Part shown: positions 1 through 10,445 of the stretch, one piece after another
Layout: each line of letters starts with the position of its first letter
Numbering within the stretch: position 1 is the first letter of the stretch
Assembly (NCBI GenBank): GCA_030916885.1
Contig: JAUPVT010000064.1
Coordinates: 6,618 to 70,617 of the forward strand
Direction: 5' to 3'
Length of the DNA: 64,000 nt
From: Chlamydiota bacterium
Lineage (GTDB): Bacteria; Chlamydiota; Chlamydiia; Chlamydiales; Rhabdochlamydiaceae
Notes under the pieces: model-generated
Seen by the model: the letters and a program-made list of their open reading frames with translations, nothing else
The model's database searches: none
Told to the model about the DNA's origin: nothing
Program-made: the position numbers and the translations under genes

Positions 1-325
1 TTTTGTCTAAGATAAGCCTTAAAGATTTCAATTACTCTATCAGGATCATTTTCCTTTACATTCCTAAATAGCTTTAGCAATCAATAAATAAAATAATCTT
101 AGAGCTTCATAAAGCTTTCAAAGAGTTTTTGAAATAGCAGTTCGTATAGAAACATCTCGTATATTTAGTCAAGATAGCAAAATTGTAAAGGTGAAGACGC
201 CTTATCAGTATGAGTTTGATCAAATCAAAGAGACTAAAAAAAATAAAAAGAAGAAATAGCAAATCTTTTTCTACATGAGCTAGATTCCGTACTTTTAATC
301 TTCCTAGTATTGGTAAAAAATCCAT
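1..325 (-). pseudogene. Possible frameshifted gene relic (72-aa hydrophobic ORF plus protein-like continuation off the left edge)
   Basis: ORF 107..325. Downstream frames read KLYEALRLFYLLIAK and RNVKENDPDRVIEIFKAYLRQ, which look protein-like but are broken. Family not recognised. Confidence 0.3.
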
Positions 326-418
326 TAAATAACACTTTATTTTTTCTCTGAAATTAGATTAGAGTTTAAATAAATATGTAATATTTTTTTTTGATTACTT
401 ACAAACACTTGAGGTGCT

Positions 419-1354
419 ATGACTCAGTTAATTACAGTTAAAGAGGCAAATCTACAGCAAATGGATTGTCATCAAAGATATTGTGAAGAACTAGAAAAAG
501 GAAATATCCTTTTTTTTTCAAAGTGCCCTTTTGACTTTCCTCAAGAAGAACTGGATTTTTTACTTTTACAAAAGCAGACAGGTGCAGCTAATCGTAAAAA
601 TATTGCCTATAAACCGCAATCTAATAAAATCACAAATATTACTACTTTATCAGAGGAACAAAGAGTAAAAATGTTAGATATCATGCAAAGCTACTCTCGA
701 AAAACAATGGATTTATTAGCCCATATTTTGGCTCCTTATGCAGATAAATGGAAATTGGATTATGCGAGCTTTCGACCTTTTCAGGAAAAAGGCAGACAAT
801 TAAGAACAAGAGCACGTAATGACCTTTTACATGTCGATTCTTTTCCTTCTCGTCCGGTACATGGAGATCGTATTTTACGATTTTTTACCAATATTAATCC
901 TTTAGAAAAACGACATTGGATTACTTCTGATTCTTTTGAAACTTTAGCAGGGCTTTTTGGGGGAACAAGTAAGTTGCCTTTTCCTCAAGGGGTTCATGAG
1001 ACTTTTTCAGGACGCTTGATTCGAGCTTTTAAGAAAAGTGCTCATAAATTAGGTTTGCCGATTACTTTACGTTCTCCCTATGATTCTTTTATGTTAAATA
1101 TGCATAACTTCTTAAAAGAGAATCAGGAATTTCAAGAAAATTGTCCAAAAGATTATTGGGAATTTCCTCCACATTCTTGTTGGGCAGTATTTACCGATCA
1201 GGTTTCACACGCAGCAATATCTGGACAATATGCATTAGAGCAAACTGTGATTATTCCCAGGTTAGCTCTTAGTATGCCAGAAGCGGCTCCCGTCTCTATT
1301 TTGGAGAAAATTACAAAGAGCTCCATAGTGGATTCTTTATTTTTACCTCATTGA
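419..1354 (+). CDS. kdoO: Kdo hydroxylase family protein (KdoO-like Fe2+/2-oxoglutarate dioxygenase)
   Basis: LLHVDSFPSRP (HxD), RILRFFTNINP and FTDQVSHAAISGQYALEQT motifs typical of the Kdo hydroxylase family. Confidence 0.85.
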   Translation: MTQLITVKEANLQQMDCHQRYCEELEKGNILFFSKCPFDFPQEELDFLLLQKQTGAANRKNIAYKPQSNKITNITTLSEEQRVKMLDIMQSYSRKTMDLLAHILAPYADKWKLDYASFRPFQEKGRQLRTRARNDLLHVDSFPSRPVHGDRILRFFTNINPLEKRHWITSDSFETLAGLFGGTSKLPFPQGVHETFSGRLIRAFKKSAHKLGLPITLRSPYDSFMLNMHNFLKENQEFQENCPKDYWEFPPHSCWAVFTDQVSHAAISGQYALEQTVIIPRLALSMPEAAPVSILEKITKSSIVDSLFLPH

Positions 1355-2712
1355 TCTAGTTTTTCTATTAAAAGGTCTAAAAAAAGCACTATTTCGTTTT
1401 TTATATCACTTAGAGGGCCTTTATAATGGTTACAAAAAATGGAAAATGCATACTGTTTAGGTCCAAGAGTTACGTAACCTGCCAAATTGTAGATATTATC
1501 CATACTTCCTGTTTTTGCTCTTAAATAAGCATCTGGAATTTTTGGGAAAAACCGGAGTGTTCCTGATTGGCTTGACTCGGGTAGAGAGGTATATATACAA
1601 AGATATGCATCAGAGCTTTTAATGTGAGATAAAAGCGTAACCATTCCTTTAGGAGTTAATAGATTGGTTCGAGAAAGTCCTGCTCCATCATGAACTTGAG
1701 AAGGGATATTTAGATTTTTTAAAAAATATTCTATACATTTTGTTCCTTGTTTGCTCTTGCCTTGACCAAGTGTTTTTAGAAGATGTTCTGCGTAAAGATT
1801 GATGCTAAATTGATTCATAGATAGCAGCAGTTCTTTTAAAGAAACAGACTTATAATGAGTAATCACTGTTTGTTGTGGGACGCTTGTATTTTTTTCTCTA
1901 ATAACCTTAATGCCTTTTGTTGGTTTTAGTTGTTTGCTCAAGATTAAACCACAAAGTAAAGCAGGATCAGGAATGGCAGCTTTTATGGTGAAGTTATTTT
2001 GATCTATGGGGATGGTTCCTCGGTAAAATTGGATAGGGGAATATTCAGATCCAAAGACACATACCTGATCACCAGAACCAGCTAGGCCTGTAGTTACTTC
2101 ATTATAGAAAATTAAATCAGGAATAGGAGGATCTATTTTTATGACAGTTGCAGGATCATTTTCTTTTTTACCTGGTTGGAATGTAATATAATAGGTGTTT
2201 TGATTTAGAGTAAGACCCGAAGCGCCAGCTCCATAGTAATTACCCAAGTCTTCAAAACTCCAAGATCTAGAAGCTAATGCTGTTTCAAAACAACTCGTAT
2301 CGATAAAAAGAGTTCCATTGATCTTAGTAATAAGAGGTTTTAGATCTGCTTCCCATTGCAACAGGCTTGTTAAGGAAATAGTAGGATCTCCTCCTCCTCG
2401 AATCCATAAGTTTCCTTCTAAAGTTTTTTTATTATCAATATGGCCTTCATATTCTAGACTAGTTATAAATTGATAGTCTTCTCCTAAAAGAGCAACTGCT
2501 GCTGCGCTAATGGGAATTTTCATTAAAGAGGCAGGTATGAAAAATTGCTCAGCATTTCTTTGATAAATGGGTTTTTGCGTGTTAAGGTCTAATACATAAA
2601 TACCGATGTGTGCTCTTTGGAATTCTACCTTTTGACAGAAGCACTCAGAGAGCTCTTTTGCTAAGAGGTTTTTTGTTAAAAAAATTAGAAATAAAATAAA
2701 ATACTTATACAT
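1348..2712 (-). CDS. dacB: D-Ala-D-Ala carboxypeptidase/endopeptidase (PBP4, peptidase S13)
   Basis: Signal peptide, PASLMK (SxxK), SIN (SxN), KTG, GGGDP and DGAGLSR motifs. Confidence 0.92.
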   Translation of the reverse strand: MYKYFILFLIFLTKNLLAKELSECFCQKVEFQRAHIGIYVLDLNTQKPIYQRNAEQFFIPASLMKIPISAAAVALLGEDYQFITSLEYEGHIDNKKTLEGNLWIRGGGDPTISLTSLLQWEADLKPLITKINGTLFIDTSCFETALASRSWSFEDLGNYYGAGASGLTLNQNTYYITFQPGKKENDPATVIKIDPPIPDLIFYNEVTTGLAGSGDQVCVFGSEYSPIQFYRGTIPIDQNNFTIKAAIPDPALLCGLILSKQLKPTKGIKVIREKNTSVPQQTVITHYKSVSLKELLLSMNQFSINLYAEHLLKTLGQGKSKQGTKCIEYFLKNLNIPSQVHDGAGLSRTNLLTPKGMVTLLSHIKSSDAYLCIYTSLPESSQSGTLRFFPKIPDAYLRAKTGSMDNIYNLAGYVTLGPKQYAFSIFCNHYKGPLSDIKNEIVLFLDLLIEKLDQ

Positions 2713-2814
2713 AGATTTTAAATATTTAAGGTTCTTAAGAGAGCAACTTTTAATCTTTTTTCTGCTATTGTTTTTTTACATATTATTCATGAAAACTATT
2801 AAAAAAGGAGATGC

Positions 2815-4128
2815 ATGGATATAAAAATTTTTATTGAGTATTTTACTTTATTTATAGTTTTTCCAGCTATTGTTTGTTCTGGTATGTATCTCACTCTAAA
2901 ATTACGCTTTATCCAAATCTTTCAACTAAAAAAAAGCTTTCTTTGCGTTACTAAAAAAAGTACAGGGCAGGAAGGTAACATTAGTCATTTTGGCGCTATA
3001 GCTTCTGTTTTAGCAGGGAATTTTGGGACAGGAAATATATCAGGCATGGCTGTGGCCATAGGTACAGGGGGCCCAGGTGCTTTGGTTTGGATGTGGGTAA
3101 TGGCCTTTTTTGGAGCAGCCATTCAATATGTAAGTTGTGTTTTGAGCATTTCTTTTCGCCAAAAAACAGAAAAAAATGAGTATGTAGGAGGTCCTATGTA
3201 TTACCTAAGAGATGGTTTAGGTTATAAAATGATAGCTATCTTGTTTGCTATTTTTACTCTTTTTGGCTCTATTACAGTAGGAAATTTTGCACAAATTAAT
3301 TCTGTTGTTCTCCCCTTAGAAAAAATGGGATTCAATCCTTTATATTGTAGTATAGCTTTTGCGGTAGTAGTGGGCATAGTGATTTTAGGAGGCATCCAAA
3401 GAATTGCAAACTTTGCTTCCTATATAGTTCCTTTTAAAGCACTCATTTATTTAGGCACCGCTTTTATCATTATCGCTTTGCAATACGATAAAATTCTACC
3501 TTCTTTTGGATTGATGTTCCAACATGCTTTTGGTTTTTCTTCTTTTATAGGAGGGGCTTTAGGAATAGGAGTTCTTAAAGCAATGACTACAGGGTTTGAT
3601 AGAGGACTTTTTGCAACGGATGCGGGAACAGGAATAGTGCCTATTTTACAAGCAAGTGCTCATGCTAAAAATCCCATTATTAATGGAATCACCACTTTAA
3701 TTACTCCTGTAATTGTTATGATTGTTTGCACGACTACAGGACTCGTGTTGATTATAACGGGGGCTTGGCAGATTCCCAATTTATATAGCACAAATATGGT
3801 TACCTATGCTTTTTCCCAAGGATTAAATTCTGCAATAGGGGGATATATAGTTATTATAGCACTTGTTTTATTTGCTTATACCACTATTTTAGCCTGGTCT
3901 TACTGTGGAGAAAAAGCTTTAGGCTTTTTAATAGGTAATGAAAAAGCTCATTATTTTAGGTTTTTTTATGTGCTTTTGATCCCAATAGGAAGTGTAATGA
4001 AAGTGGATATGATTTGGAGTTTAGCAGATATAGCTATTGCTCTGATGTTAGTAACTAATTTAATAGGGGTTATGAAACTATCTAAAAGAGTGATTGCTTC
4101 TAGCCGTCAATTCGGGTTGTCTATATGA
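2815..4128 (+). CDS. Alanine/glycine:cation symporter (AgcS family)
   Basis: GNFGTGNISG, GGPGALVWMW, GGPMYYL, RGLFATDAGTG; multi-pass membrane protein. Confidence 0.92.
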   Translation: MDIKIFIEYFTLFIVFPAIVCSGMYLTLKLRFIQIFQLKKSFLCVTKKSTGQEGNISHFGAIASVLAGNFGTGNISGMAVAIGTGGPGALVWMWVMAFFGAAIQYVSCVLSISFRQKTEKNEYVGGPMYYLRDGLGYKMIAILFAIFTLFGSITVGNFAQINSVVLPLEKMGFNPLYCSIAFAVVVGIVILGGIQRIANFASYIVPFKALIYLGTAFIIIALQYDKILPSFGLMFQHAFGFSSFIGGALGIGVLKAMTTGFDRGLFATDAGTGIVPILQASAHAKNPIINGITTLITPVIVMIVCTTTGLVLIITGAWQIPNLYSTNMVTYAFSQGLNSAIGGYIVIIALVLFAYTTILAWSYCGEKALGFLIGNEKAHYFRFFYVLLIPIGSVMKVDMIWSLADIAIALMLVTNLIGVMKLSKRVIASSRQFGLSI

Positions 4129-4435
4129 GTTTACAGCTTTTCATAAGCTACCTTAATGGATGCAACAGTGGGACTAAAAGTTTATGGTTAAGGATATCTG
4201 CATTAGGGAATAAATGAGTGTTCATAGGGTCTTTTATAGAGAGTAAAACAATAGGTTTTTTTCTGCTTATTTTATTTGTCCTAATATTTTATGATTTATA
4301 GTATTCAACTATATTTAGTCTTAAAATAAGAGTGTTTATTATATGTTTATTAGTTTATCAGAATGTTATTAAAATAATAAATTTATTCCTATCACCAGTC
4401 AGGAGATACCGAGATCTACTGACAACATTAAGTGC

Positions 4436-5170
4436 TTAATTTACCAGTTCTTCTTCTAGTAGTATTTTTGTATTAAAAATCTTCTTAAAAGGGTTGAGAA
4501 TCTTCTTTATGCCTTTTTCTGGGATTTTGATTACATCCTTGATCAAGTTTTGTAGATTTTGTTCTAGTAAGACATGCTTGATCATCTCTTGTATAACAAG
4601 AGAGGTGATTTGATTAGCAGGAATACCTTCTTCACTGCTGACATCATTTAACTCAATTCGATCGATGTGGCGAAGGCGTTTGACAGAGTTTCCTTCAGAG
4701 AGATAGACTAGATCTACATCAATATTGGTTAAAATCAATTTACGGATTAAAACAGTGCGGAAATTGCTTGTAGAGGAAGTATTAATTTGGCCTATAATTT
4801 TAGACCAATTTCCATCTGTACTTAGAGGAGATTTAAATTCTAAGCCTAAGTATATGTTGTCAATTTCAATTTGATCAATAACAACGTGTCTTTTTAGATA
4901 GTTGGTAAAAGCGGCTAGGGAAAATAGTCGATCGGAGGAAAAAGCTTTTGGTAAAACAGACCCTGATGGGTTACTGATGGTAATTTTATCTATATCGACT
5001 CTATTCCAATTAAGATGGATATCATCTATCTGTACAGGGACATTTATTTTTTTTGATAAGTTATTAGAAACAATATCAGGTAATCTAGACTTAGCAATAA
5101 ATACAAAAATAATTAAAGCTAGAAGAATAATAACAACGAGCTTTACCAACCCAAAACAAAATGATTTCAA
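4436..5170 (-). CDS. Conserved chlamydial membrane-anchored protein, AsmA-like N-terminus
   Basis: 244-aa ORF with an N-terminal TM helix and beta-rich region; sits downstream of groEL as in other chlamydiae. Confidence 0.65.
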   Translation of the reverse strand: MKSFCFGLVKLVVIILLALIIFVFIAKSRLPDIVSNNLSKKINVPVQIDDIHLNWNRVDIDKITISNPSGSVLPKAFSSDRLFSLAAFTNYLKRHVVIDQIEIDNIYLGLEFKSPLSTDGNWSKIIGQINTSSTSNFRTVLIRKLILTNIDVDLVYLSEGNSVKRLRHIDRIELNDVSSEEGIPANQITSLVIQEMIKHVLLEQNLQNLIKDVIKIPEKGIKKILNPFKKIFNTKILLEEELVN

Positions 5171-5235
5171 GAGAACCTCTTCTTTTCTATCTTAATTTTT
5201 AAGATAAATAAAAAAAATCTTTGATGCAAGAAAAC

Positions 5236-5270
5236 AAAAAAAAGGCGCTTAAAGATTTAAGCGCCTTTTT
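5236..5270 (-). terminator. Rho-independent terminator after groEL
   Basis: AAAAAGGCGCTTAA-AGAT-TTAAGCGCCTTTTT perfect stem; 8-U tract on the minus strand. Confidence 0.85.
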
Positions 5271-5282
5271 GCTATTTACAGA

Positions 5283-6911
5283 TTAATAATCTGCACCTGG
5301 CATGCCAGCTGGGCTTGGCATTTTCTCTTCTTCTGGCTCTTGTGCAATGATCACTTCCATTGTCAAAAGCATTGCAGCAGTAGACGCTGCTGTTTGAATA
5401 GCAAAAATAGATACATTTGCAGGATCGATAATCCCTTTTTCTAACATATCGCAGTAGCTATCATTTAAAGCGTCCCATCCTTCATACGTGGTCATTTTAG
5501 CTACGTTTTGAACGATAACAGAACCTTCACAACCTGCATTCTCAGCAATTTGACGTAAAGGCGAGCTTAGCGCTTTTATGACAATATTCACTCCTGCTTT
5601 TTCATCAGGATTGGTTAAGCTATTGCATAGCTGTTCTAATTCTGGGATGCAGCGAATGAATGAAACCCCACCACCTGGCAAAATACCACCTTCTACAGCA
5701 GCCTGAGTTGCATGAACCGCATCATCTACGCGATCTTTTTTCTCTTTCATTTCCACTTCAGTAGCAGCTCCTACGCGGATAATTGCTACGCCGCTTGCAA
5801 GCTTAGCAAGACGCTCTTGTAGTTTTTCTCGATCATAGTCAGACTCAGAATCTTCGATTTGAGAGCGCAATAATGCTTTCTGTTCTTCGATTTTTGCTTT
5901 ATCTCCAGCTCCTTCTACTAGGGTAAAACTGTCTTTACCTATAACTGCCTTTTTAGCACGGCCTAGCATATCGAGAGTTACTTTTTCTAGTTTAAGACCG
6001 AGCTCTTCTTTGATTAATTGACCACCGGTTAGGATAGCAATATCTTCTAGAATCGCTTTACGTCTATCTCCAAAACCAGGAGCTTTTACAGCACAGATCT
6101 TGAGACCTGTAGTCAAACGGTTGTATACAAGAGTTGTTAAGGCCTCGCCTTCTACATCTTCTGCAATGATTAGGAAAGGACGACCTGTTTCAGCAACGGA
6201 TTGCAAAACAGGGACAAATTCTTTAACGGAAGAAACTTTTTTCTCATAAAGTAGAATATAAAGATCTTCAAAAATACATTCCTGTGTTTCTCTGTTTGTT
6301 GCAAAGTAAGGAGATACATAACCGCGATCAAGGCTCATTCCCTCTACAATATCAAGAGTTGTTTCTAGTCCCTTGCCTTCCTCAACCGTTATAGTTCCAT
6401 CTTTGCCCACTTTTTCCATTGCTTTAGCAATCGTTTGACCAATATCTGCATCTCCATTAGCAGAAATTGTTGCTACTTGCTCAATCTCGAGCTTGTCTTT
6501 AATAGGCTTACTGAGCTTCTTAAGCTTTGCAACAGTTGCTTCTGTAGCTTTATCAATTCCTCTTTTAATCGCTACAGAATTAGCTCCAGCTGTAGTGTGA
6601 CGCAAACCTTCGCTATACATAGCTTCTACTAGAACAGTAGCAGTAGTGGTTCCATCTCCTGCTTTATCTGCTGTTTTACTAGCTGCTGCTTTAATCACTT
6701 GAGCACCGATGTTCTCGTGCTTATCTTTTAGCTCGATTCCTTTAGCAACAGTTACACCGTCTTTTGTTACAATAGGTGTACCAAAAGATTGTTCGATAGC
6801 AACATGTCGTCCTTTAGGACCTAGGGTTACTTTAACTGCAGAAGCGAGTGTGCGCACTCCTTTTAGGATCTTCTGACTAGCTTCTTCTTTAAATTTCATA
6901 TTTTTGGCCAT
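5283..6911 (-). CDS. groEL: Chaperonin GroEL
   Basis: [21 protein letters not shown] and [10 protein letters not shown] motifs; 542 aa. Confidence 0.98.
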   Translation of the reverse strand: MAKNMKFKEEASQKILKGVRTLASAVKVTLGPKGRHVAIEQSFGTPIVTKDGVTVAKGIELKDKHENIGAQVIKAAASKTADKAGDGTTTATVLVEAMYSEGLRHTTAGANSVAIKRGIDKATEATVAKLKKLSKPIKDKLEIEQVATISANGDADIGQTIAKAMEKVGKDGTITVEEGKGLETTLDIVEGMSLDRGYVSPYFATNRETQECIFEDLYILLYEKKVSSVKEFVPVLQSVAETGRPFLIIAEDVEGEALTTLVYNRLTTGLKICAVKAPGFGDRRKAILEDIAILTGGQLIKEELGLKLEKVTLDMLGRAKKAVIGKDSFTLVEGAGDKAKIEEQKALLRSQIEDSESDYDREKLQERLAKLASGVAIIRVGAATEVEMKEKKDRVDDAVHATQAAVEGGILPGGGVSFIRCIPELEQLCNSLTNPDEKAGVNIVIKALSSPLRQIAENAGCEGSVIVQNVAKMTTYEGWDALNDSYCDMLEKGIIDPANVSIFAIQTAASTAAMLLTMEVIIAQEPEEEKMPSPAGMPGADY

Positions 6912-6932
6912 ATTAGATAACTCCTTTTTAGC

Positions 6933-7244
6933 TTAATTGATAAGTGCAATAATTTCGTTTGCTCGTAAAATAACGAATTCTTCATCTTCAACCGTTACTT
7001 CTTGACCAGCATATTTATCGATTAAAACCTTATCTCCCTCTTTAACTAAAATAGGGATTGGTTTTCCTTCAGGTGTGGTAGAGCCTGTGCCAACAGCAAT
7101 AACTGTAGCGAATTGCCCTTTTTTCTTGGCTGTATCGGGAAGCACAATACCACCTCTTAGTGTTTCTTGTTCTTCCGTATGCTGTACGAGAACGCGATCT
7201 CCTAAAGGTTTAAATTTTTTTTTAATTGCAGTTGTCATTTTCAT
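6933..7244 (-). CDS. groES: Co-chaperonin GroES
   Basis: KPLGDRVLV, GGIVLPDTAKKK, VKEGDKVL; directly upstream of groEL. Confidence 0.97.
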   Translation of the reverse strand: MKMTTAIKKKFKPLGDRVLVQHTEEQETLRGGIVLPDTAKKKGQFATVIAVGTGSTTPEGKPIPILVKEGDKVLIDKYAGQEVTVEDEEFVILRANEIIALIN

Positions 7245-7363
7245 CTCCTTTTAAGTAAAGGGTTTGAAGGAAATAATAAAAAGAGAGGGGATCTCTCTTT
7301 GTAAATTTGTTAAAAAACTTCAGGCTTCATTGTAGAAAAATAAGGGAATTTTGACAACGTAAA

Positions 7364-7390
7364 TTAGCACTTTTGATGTTATAGTGCTAA
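7364..7390. promoter_or_regulatory. CIRCE operator (HrcA binding site)
   Basis: TTAGCACTT-N9-TAGTGCTAA versus consensus TTAGCACTC-N9-GAGTGCTAA; lies upstream of groES-groEL. Confidence 0.9.
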
Positions 7391-7505
7391 AAATTATCAA
7401 TAAAAAATTTTAATAATACAGATCCTGAAGAGATAGAGTTGACTAATCAAAGAGATTTTGAGTAAGATACTATCTTTTATTGAACTTCTTAAAAGGTGCT
7501 ATATC

Positions 7506-9344
7506 ATGACGATGGAACAGATTTATACCCCGTCTTTTAATTCAAGAGAGCAAATGCAAAAAAATGATTGTTGGGATGTGGAACAGTTGTATAGCTCTTG
7601 GAGGGTTTGGGAAAGTCAAATGCAGCTTTTTGCAAGAGAAAAACAAACCCCTCATTGGCCAGAGATTGCGGTTTTTGAATCTAGTTGGCAAAAAAACCCA
7701 GAGCAATTAAAGCGGCTTATTGAGACTTGTTTGGAGATAGAAAGGCAGCTATCAAAGCTTTATACCTATGCTCATTTAAGACATGACGAAGATGTAGCAG
7801 AAGAAGTTGCAAAAATAGCTATGTCTCGTATTAGTACGATTTTATATACCTTTCGCCAAGAAACAGCGTGGATTGAGCCAGCTCTATTACGAGCTCCGGA
7901 GGAAACATTAGATGCTTTGATTAAAGATCCTATTTTAGCTTCTTATCGTTTGTATTTAGAAAAAATCATCCGTCTTAAAAACCACACCTTATCTCAAGAA
8001 CAAGAAGAGCTAATGGCTCTTGTAGGTAAATCTCTAGAAACCTCCAGCCAAGCATTTGGAGCTTTTAATAATGCAGATTTAAAATTTCCAGATATATGTG
8101 ATAGTAAAGAGAATAAGCACGCTTTAACTCATGGTAAGTATTTAACTCTTTTGAAAGAAAAAGATCGCACATTAAGGGAACATGCCTTTAAAACCCTCCA
8201 CCATGGGTTTTTAGCTTATGAAAATACGCTTAGTGAACTATTACAGGGTCAAATACAAAAGCATGTCTTTGAAAGAAGAGCGCGTAAATACCTTTCTTGT
8301 TTAGAGGCTGCTCTTTATGTAAATGAGATCGATTCTCAAGTCTATTTTTCTTTGATTCAGTCAGTGCGTGAGCATCTTCCTTCTCTACATCGCTATATTT
8401 CTTTACGTAAAAAATATTTAAAAGTTCCAAGCCTCCACGCCTATGACCTATTTGTACCTCTAGTAAAAGATATCGAAATGGACGTTGACTACAATACAGC
8501 GGTGGAGTGGATTGTGTCTTCTTTAGCTCCCTTAGGGGCAGATTATCAAGAAGTTGTTAAAAGAGGATTAACGGATGAACGTTGGGTAGATCGTTATGAA
8601 ACGCCACGTAAACGCTCAGGTGCCTATTCAAGCGGATGTTATGACAGCATACCCTATATTTTGATGAATTATCAAGGAACATTTAATGACATGATGACCT
8701 TAACTCATGAAGTAGGTCATAGTATGCATTCCTATTTTAGTCGCTTAAGTCAACCTTATCAATATTCTCAATATGGTATTTTTGTAGCAGAAGTAGCTTC
8801 TACCTTCCATGAAGAGCTGCTCTTTCGCTATTTGTTTAAACAAGCGCAGACAAAAGAACAAAAGGCATTCTTAGTCAATCAAAAGTTAGATGCCATCCGA
8901 TCTACTTTAATTCGGCAAACTATGTTTGCAGAATTTGAATTAACCATACATGACAAGGTAGATTCTTCTGAAGTTCTAACACCAGCTGTCTTAAAGGATC
9001 AATATCAGAAGCTAAATAAAGAATATTTCGGTAAAGATTTTAGCTTAGATACAGAATTAGATGTTGAATGCTTACGTATTCCTCATTTTTATTATAATTT
9101 TTACGTATACCAATATGCAACAGGGATTAGTGCTGCTCATGCTTTAGCAGAAAAAGTTTGTATAGAAGGAGCTTCTGCTCGAGAAAAATATTTACAATTT
9201 TTATCCGCAGGTTCTAGTAAAAATCCTTTAGATCTTCTAAAAGAAGCAGGTGTAGATATGCGTTCTGCAGAAGCTGTTAAGATTGTCATGCGCTCCTTTG
9301 ACCAACTGGTAACCCAACTGGAAGAATTTCTTGAAGGGTCTTGA
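7506..9344 (+). CDS. pepF: Oligoendopeptidase F (M3B)
   Basis: HEVGHSMH zinc motif, KRSGAYSSG, EVASTFHE, RIPHFYYNFYVYQYATG. ATG 7506 preferred over TTG 7458. Confidence 0.95.
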   Translation: MTMEQIYTPSFNSREQMQKNDCWDVEQLYSSWRVWESQMQLFAREKQTPHWPEIAVFESSWQKNPEQLKRLIETCLEIERQLSKLYTYAHLRHDEDVAEEVAKIAMSRISTILYTFRQETAWIEPALLRAPEETLDALIKDPILASYRLYLEKIIRLKNHTLSQEQEELMALVGKSLETSSQAFGAFNNADLKFPDICDSKENKHALTHGKYLTLLKEKDRTLREHAFKTLHHGFLAYENTLSELLQGQIQKHVFERRARKYLSCLEAALYVNEIDSQVYFSLIQSVREHLPSLHRYISLRKKYLKVPSLHAYDLFVPLVKDIEMDVDYNTAVEWIVSSLAPLGADYQEVVKRGLTDERWVDRYETPRKRSGAYSSGCYDSIPYILMNYQGTFNDMMTLTHEVGHSMHSYFSRLSQPYQYSQYGIFVAEVASTFHEELLFRYLFKQAQTKEQKAFLVNQKLDAIRSTLIRQTMFAEFELTIHDKVDSSEVLTPAVLKDQYQKLNKEYFGKDFSLDTELDVECLRIPHFYYNFYVYQYATGISAAHALAEKVCIEGASAREKYLQFLSAGSSKNPLDLLKEAGVDMRSAEAVKIVMRSFDQLVTQLEEFLEGS

Positions 9345-9509
9345 AGAAAATTTTTCTAGTATGATAGTTCAATATAAAGTATAATTTTTTTATAGCGGTA
9401 TGGTTTATTGAATCAAAAAAACACTTTCAAGATAAAATAAATAAAAAACTGCTTTATTATTAAAAATTATATAAACTACTGTTTAAGCTTTTGTTGAAAA
9501 TCAAAGCTT

Positions 9510-9815
9510 ATGTTAATAAGTGTTTTTAATTCTAAAATGAAAAAAAAATACAAAGACTTTTTTGTTGTAGTTAATGAAAAAGGTTTACATACACGTCCTT
9601 CAACAGAATTGCTTAGATGTGCTACAGGCTTTAAAGCAGATGTTACATTAAAATACCAACAAGAGATCGTCAATGCTAAATCTCTTTTGGGCATTTTAAT
9701 CTTAGCTGCTGATAAAGGAGCCAAGATTAATGTAGAAGCTGTTGGAGAGGATGCAGAAGAGGCTGTAAAGGCAATCCTTACGTTAGCTCGTAATAAGTTT
9801 AATATTAAATATTAA
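9510..9815 (+). CDS. ptsH: Phosphocarrier protein HPr
   Basis: GLHTRP (His15) and NAKSLLG (Ser46) motifs. Confidence 0.93.
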   Translation: MLISVFNSKMKKKYKDFFVVVNEKGLHTRPSTELLRCATGFKADVTLKYQQEIVNAKSLLGILILAADKGAKINVEAVGEDAEEAVKAILTLARNKFNIKY

Positions 9816-10269
9816 CTTTACTTTTCTTGACTATTTTTATGATATGTTGTTCACATGTAGTGTGAATTCACTGGATTTTTTTGCTTTAAAAGGTGAAGAA
9901 AACAGATTTAGCCTGTTGTCAGACATAAGCTTTTATTAATCTTTTCTTATTGGCGATAGGTTTTTTTGACTTATCTGCCAAGCTTTTCTTTTTTCTATTT
10001 ATAGATTATTTTTTAATTCATTTTTGAGAAATTAAAGAATTGCTTATTTGAAGAATTAAAAGTTTCCAAAAAAGATAGAATATCTTTTGCATTGTTACTT
10101 ATCAGATGTAATTAGAACCCCTTACAGAACTCAAGAGGATAGAGTCATAATGACAAGAAGAGATGTGTCTAGATTTTTCAAAAACATAGGGTCTTCTCTA
10201 AGTAGTGAATTTCGAAAAAAGATTGTAGAATAAAATCAAAAACAACTTTCTATTCTTTCATTAGAAGCA

Positions 10270-10430
10270 ATGCACGCTTCATCATCAGCTGAGTTTCCTC
10301 GCACTTTTGTTGATCCTCAGATTCACTGGGCTCATATTGATATCTTTCAGCTACGGCATCGAAAGTGGATGCTCCTGAAGAAGGTATAACAGCATTTGGA
10401 GTGCAATTAATCATAGAATATATTCTAAAT
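10270..10430 (+). pseudogene. Relic of an M17 leucyl aminopeptidase C-terminus
   Basis: Reads AEFPRTFVDPQIHWAHIDI, then after a frameshift SATASKVDAPEEGITAFGVQLIIEYI, matching the WAHLDIAGTA...TGFGVRLL end of PepA. Confidence 0.6.
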
Positions 10431-10445
10431 CAAGTTTCTGATAGC

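Noticed and set aside
4398-4423. Imperfect hairpin GTCAG.AGAT...ATCT.CTGAC
   Set aside because: Short, mismatched and without a U-tract; cannot be supported as a terminator or ncRNA
9850-9866. Palindrome TTCACA-N5-TGTGAA after ptsH
   Set aside because: Only 6-bp arms in AT-rich DNA, opposite in orientation to a CRP site, and no second copy seen
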